This document shows positions 61,275-64,000 of a stretch of DNA of 64,000 nucleotides, piece by piece (the stretch's first letter is position 1; each line of letters starts with the position of its first letter). The stretch spans positions 98,602-162,601 of the forward strand of contig CACZYB010000003.1 in assembly GCA_902785275.1 (NCBI GenBank). The letters run 5' to 3'. The notes under the pieces were generated by a model. That model was not told the DNA's origin and searched no databases. It worked only from the letters and a program-made list of their open reading frames with translations. The translations under genes and the position numbers were made by a program. The DNA is from an uncultured Pseudomonadota bacterium. Its GTDB lineage: Bacteria; Pseudomonadota; Alphaproteobacteria; Rs-D84; CACZYB01.

Positions 61275-61351
61275 TGGTGGGTGTAAGTGGGCTCGAACCA
61301 CCGACCTCTACGATGTCAACGTAACGCTCTAGCCAACTGAGCTATACACCC
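61275..61351 (-). tRNA. tRNA-Val(GAC)
   Basis: Reverse complement GGGTGTA...TTACG-TTGACAT-CGTAG...GTTCGAG...TACACCCACCA. Confidence 0.96.
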
Positions 61352-61405
61352 AAGATAAGAGCTATTTTATCAAAATTTTGATATTTTGCAAGAATATTGT
61401 TGAAT

Positions 61406-61439
61406 AAAAAAGAGGCTTGAGCAGATGCTCAAACCTCTT
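61406..61439 (-). terminator. terminator of rpsB-tsf
   Basis: aagagg-c-ttgagc...gctcaa-a-cctctt stem with an A-run (T-run on the minus strand). Confidence 0.7.
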
Positions 61440-61457
61440 GTAACTTTACTTAAAAAG

Positions 61458-62333
61458 TTATTCTTCTTCTTTGTGTTCAACGCCTTCGCCAACAACAAAA
61501 CGAACATATTTTGTAATCTTTGCGTCACCACCAATAGATGCAACAACATCTTTGATTTTCTTTGATGGTTCCATAAAGAATGCTTGTTCGTTAAGAACAA
61601 CTTCTTCATAGTATTTATTAATTCTTCCGTTAATCATCTTTTCAACGATTTCAGCAGGTTTACCAGATTGTAAAGCTGTTTCACGGAAAATTGCTTTTTC
61701 ACGTTCCAATGCTGCTGGATCAACATCAGCAATATTCAAGAATAATGGTGAAGATGCAGCAATGTGCATTGCGATTGTATCACCAACTTCTTGGATTTTT
61801 GCTTTATCAGCAGTTGATTCAATTGCAACCAAAACAGCGATTAAACCTTCGTTATCAGCAACTTTGTTATGAACATAAGAAATAACTGCACCGTTATTTA
61901 CTTCAACAAAATCACCACGACGGATGTTAAGGTTTTCACCAATTGTTGCGATTTGGTTTGCAAGTTCGTCTTTTGCATTTACGCCATCAATTGTTGATTC
62001 CATAATTTTTGCAACATCACCGTTTGCATCATATGCAACATCAGCAACTTTTTTAACAAAAGTTTGGAATTTTTCGTTTCTTGCAACAAAGTCTGTTTCT
62101 GAATTAACTTCAACAACAACACCCTTGTTACCTTCAACTTTTACAGCAACAACACCAGCAGATGCTTCTCTATCGCCTTTTTTAGCAGCCTTTGAAAGAC
62201 CTTTTTTTCTTAAAAGATCGATTGCATTTTCGATATTACCGTCAGCTTCTACTAGGGCCTTTTTACAGTCCATCATACCAGCGCCGGTTCTTTCACGTAA
62301 CTCTTTAACTAAACTAGCTGTTACTTCTGCCAT
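61458..62333 (-). CDS. tsf: elongation factor Ts
   Basis: VKELRERTGAGMMDCKKAL and EVNSETDFVA. Confidence 0.98.
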   Translation of the reverse strand: MAEVTASLVKELRERTGAGMMDCKKALVEADGNIENAIDLLRKKGLSKAAKKGDREASAGVVAVKVEGNKGVVVEVNSETDFVARNEKFQTFVKKVADVAYDANGDVAKIMESTIDGVNAKDELANQIATIGENLNIRRGDFVEVNNGAVISYVHNKVADNEGLIAVLVAIESTADKAKIQEVGDTIAMHIAASSPLFLNIADVDPAALEREKAIFRETALQSGKPAEIVEKMINGRINKYYEEVVLNEQAFFMEPSKKIKDVVASIGGDAKITKYVRFVVGEGVEHKEEE

Positions 62334-62336
62334 TTG

Positions 62337-63095
62337 TTATTCCCCCTTTTTTGTTTCAACTTTTGGATTTAATGATGCACCAAGATCTGCACCTGATTTT
62401 TTAAGTTGTTCTTCCAAACCATCAAGAATTGCCTTTACTGCCAAATCTGTGTAAAGTTTGATAGCTTTGATAGCATCGTCGTTTCCTGGGATTGCAAAAT
62501 CAACATTTGATGGATCAGCATTTGTATCACAGATTGCAACAACTGGAATACCAAGTTTGTTTGCTTCTGTAATTGCCAAAGATTCTTTTGTCGCATCAAT
62601 GATGAAAATGATATCAGGAGCGCCGTTCATATCAAGAACACCACCAAGAACTGAATTTAACTTTCTTTGTTCAAGTTCCATTTTTGAAACTTCTTTCTTT
62701 GTTAAACCAAGTTTTTCAGCATTAGCAATATCAGATTCAATTTTCTTAAGTTTTTTAATTGAGTTTACAACTGTTTTCCAGTTTGTAAGCATACCACCCA
62801 ACCAACGTGTGTTGATGTATGATTGACCACAAACACCAGCTGCTTCACGAACGATATCTTGAGCTTGCTTCTTTGTACCAACGAACAAAACTTTTCCGCC
62901 TTGTGAAACAGTGTTTCTTAAAGCCATAAGTCCAGCATGAAGCATTGGAACAGTTTTTTGAAGATCGATAATGTGAATCTTGTCCTTTACACCAAAGATG
63001 TATGGAGCCATTTTAGGATTCCATCTTCTTGTGTGGTGACCAAAGTGACAACCAGCTTCGATAAGTTCTTTCATAGTAAATTTTGGAAATGCCAT
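62337..63095 (-). CDS. rpsB: 30S ribosomal protein S2
   Basis: GCHFGH..RWNPKM, RWLGGMLTN and PGNDDA. Confidence 0.98.
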   Translation of the reverse strand: MAFPKFTMKELIEAGCHFGHHTRRWNPKMAPYIFGVKDKIHIIDLQKTVPMLHAGLMALRNTVSQGGKVLFVGTKKQAQDIVREAAGVCGQSYINTRWLGGMLTNWKTVVNSIKKLKKIESDIANAEKLGLTKKEVSKMELEQRKLNSVLGGVLDMNGAPDIIFIIDATKESLAITEANKLGIPVVAICDTNADPSNVDFAIPGNDDAIKAIKLYTDLAVKAILDGLEEQLKKSGADLGASLNPKVETKKGE

Positions 63096-63119
63096 TTTTA
63101 TATCCTTTCGTTTTTATTA

Positions 63120-63203
63120 GTTATTTCCTCTACTGGACCACCGGTAAACCGGACTAAAAGGCTCTATTGAAAGTCAAGAGAAAACCAATTCCAGTATGTG
63201 TAT
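63120..63203 (-). promoter_or_regulatory. rpsB 5' leader (S2 autoregulatory, t44-like)
   Basis: On the minus strand acacaTACTGGA...TCCAGTAgagg forms a closing stem that encloses hairpins (ccggtttaccgg). Its position upstream of rpsB matches known S2 leaders. Confidence 0.6.
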
Positions 63204-63300
63204 TTACCTTTGCTTTCACAAAGATGTTTGGGATTCTATAGCTTTTATGCTTAAGAGTCAAGCAAAATCGTTGAATTTACATAATGTTTTTCTTTAATTA

Positions 63301-64000
63301 TTACCAATCCAATTTTGAGTATTTTGTTCCTCTTACATCTAAGTATGTACCCCATTCTTCAGCTCTTAATGCCTTTATATAACTTTCAGAAAGATTTGGT
63401 TTATATTCAAGTAAATTTTGTTTCATATTAAATCTAATTAATGGAACACCATCTCCACTATTAAATAAAATCATTGAACCATCAGGATGAGTAAATGGTG
63501 TGTGAGAACCAAATATTAATTCTCCATTAGAATGTTTATCAAGTATTTCACCATCAAAAATTTGTGTACCATTATGATCACCTGGACCTATTGCATCACC
63601 ACAAAGTACAACTGTTTTTCCATCATGTAATCTTGAACCTTCTTTTGTTTGTGTATCAGTATAATAACTAAAATCTGTCATTGCAAACAAAGTTGGTTTA
63701 TTTTTTGCAAATTCATAAGCTCCAATCCTTTGACCAGTTACAGTATAAATAGAATGTAAATTTTGATTCATATGCCATGTTTTATCATAAAAATTCCACG
63801 CAAAACAATAAGCTCCATTATCAAACTTTTTATCTGTATTTATTGCAACAGAACAGTATTTATGACCTGATGAATCTGGTTTACACAAATCTGCACTTCC
63901 TTTTATATAACCAAGTTTTTCATTTGTGATTGAAGTAGATGTCGAATTTGTTGAAGAGTTTGATGATGTTGTTGTTACAGTGGTACCATTTTCTAATTTA
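63301..64000 (-). CDS. hypothetical (probably secreted) protein, 3' part; starts beyond the window
   Basis: The frame stays open to the window edge, reading ...KLENGTTVTTTSSNSSTNSTSTSITNEKLG... (a Ser/Thr linker) before the listed ORF. Confidence 0.7.
   Translation of the reverse strand, partial: KLENGTTVTTTSSNSSTNSTSTSITNEKLGYIKGSADLCKPDSSGHKYCSVAINTDKKFDNGAYCFAWNFYDKTWHMNQNLHSIYTVTGQRIGAYEFAKNKPTLFAMTDFSYYTDTQTKEGSRLHDGKTVVLCGDAIGPGDHNGTQIFDGEILDKHSNGELIFGSHTPFTHPDGSMILFNSGDGVPLIRFNMKQNLLEYKPNLSESYIKALRAEEWGTYLDVRGTKYSKLDW

Noticed and set aside
57256-61351. Segment between the two tRNAs as an integrated genomic island
   Set aside because: No integrase, no duplicated tRNA 3' end and no evident compositional shift.

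Overview
Low-GC (AT-rich) chromosomal window from a Gram-negative alphaproteobacterium. The evidence is MucR, an alpha-type DnaX C-terminal domain, TopA C-terminal repeats and the LPS/Lpt/Bam genes. An anaerobic, possibly host- or gut-associated lifestyle is inferred from NrdG and an iron-sulfur flavoprotein. Most of the window is densely packed housekeeping genes in unusually fragmented operons, plus two tRNAs (Gly-CCC, Val-GAC). Notable features: (1) a stand-alone virB8-virB9-virB10 type IV secretion core in which VirB9 carries a C-terminal SPOR-like domain and VirB10 carries an Ig-like insert; (2) divergent from it, a complete N-ATPase operon atpDCQRBEFAG with a Na+-type c subunit; (3) dnaX split at an A10 run, a candidate for slippage or frameshifting; (4) an LpxL-like protein lacking the catalytic acidic residue and carrying an extra membrane domain; (5) a Thermus-like SerRS; (6) a structured intergenic element of about 160 nt; (7) an acidic repeat protein; (8) an unannotated 44-aa lipoprotein. 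No CRISPR array, transposase, integrase or rRNA was seen. All family calls are from motif recognition by eye, not database searches.
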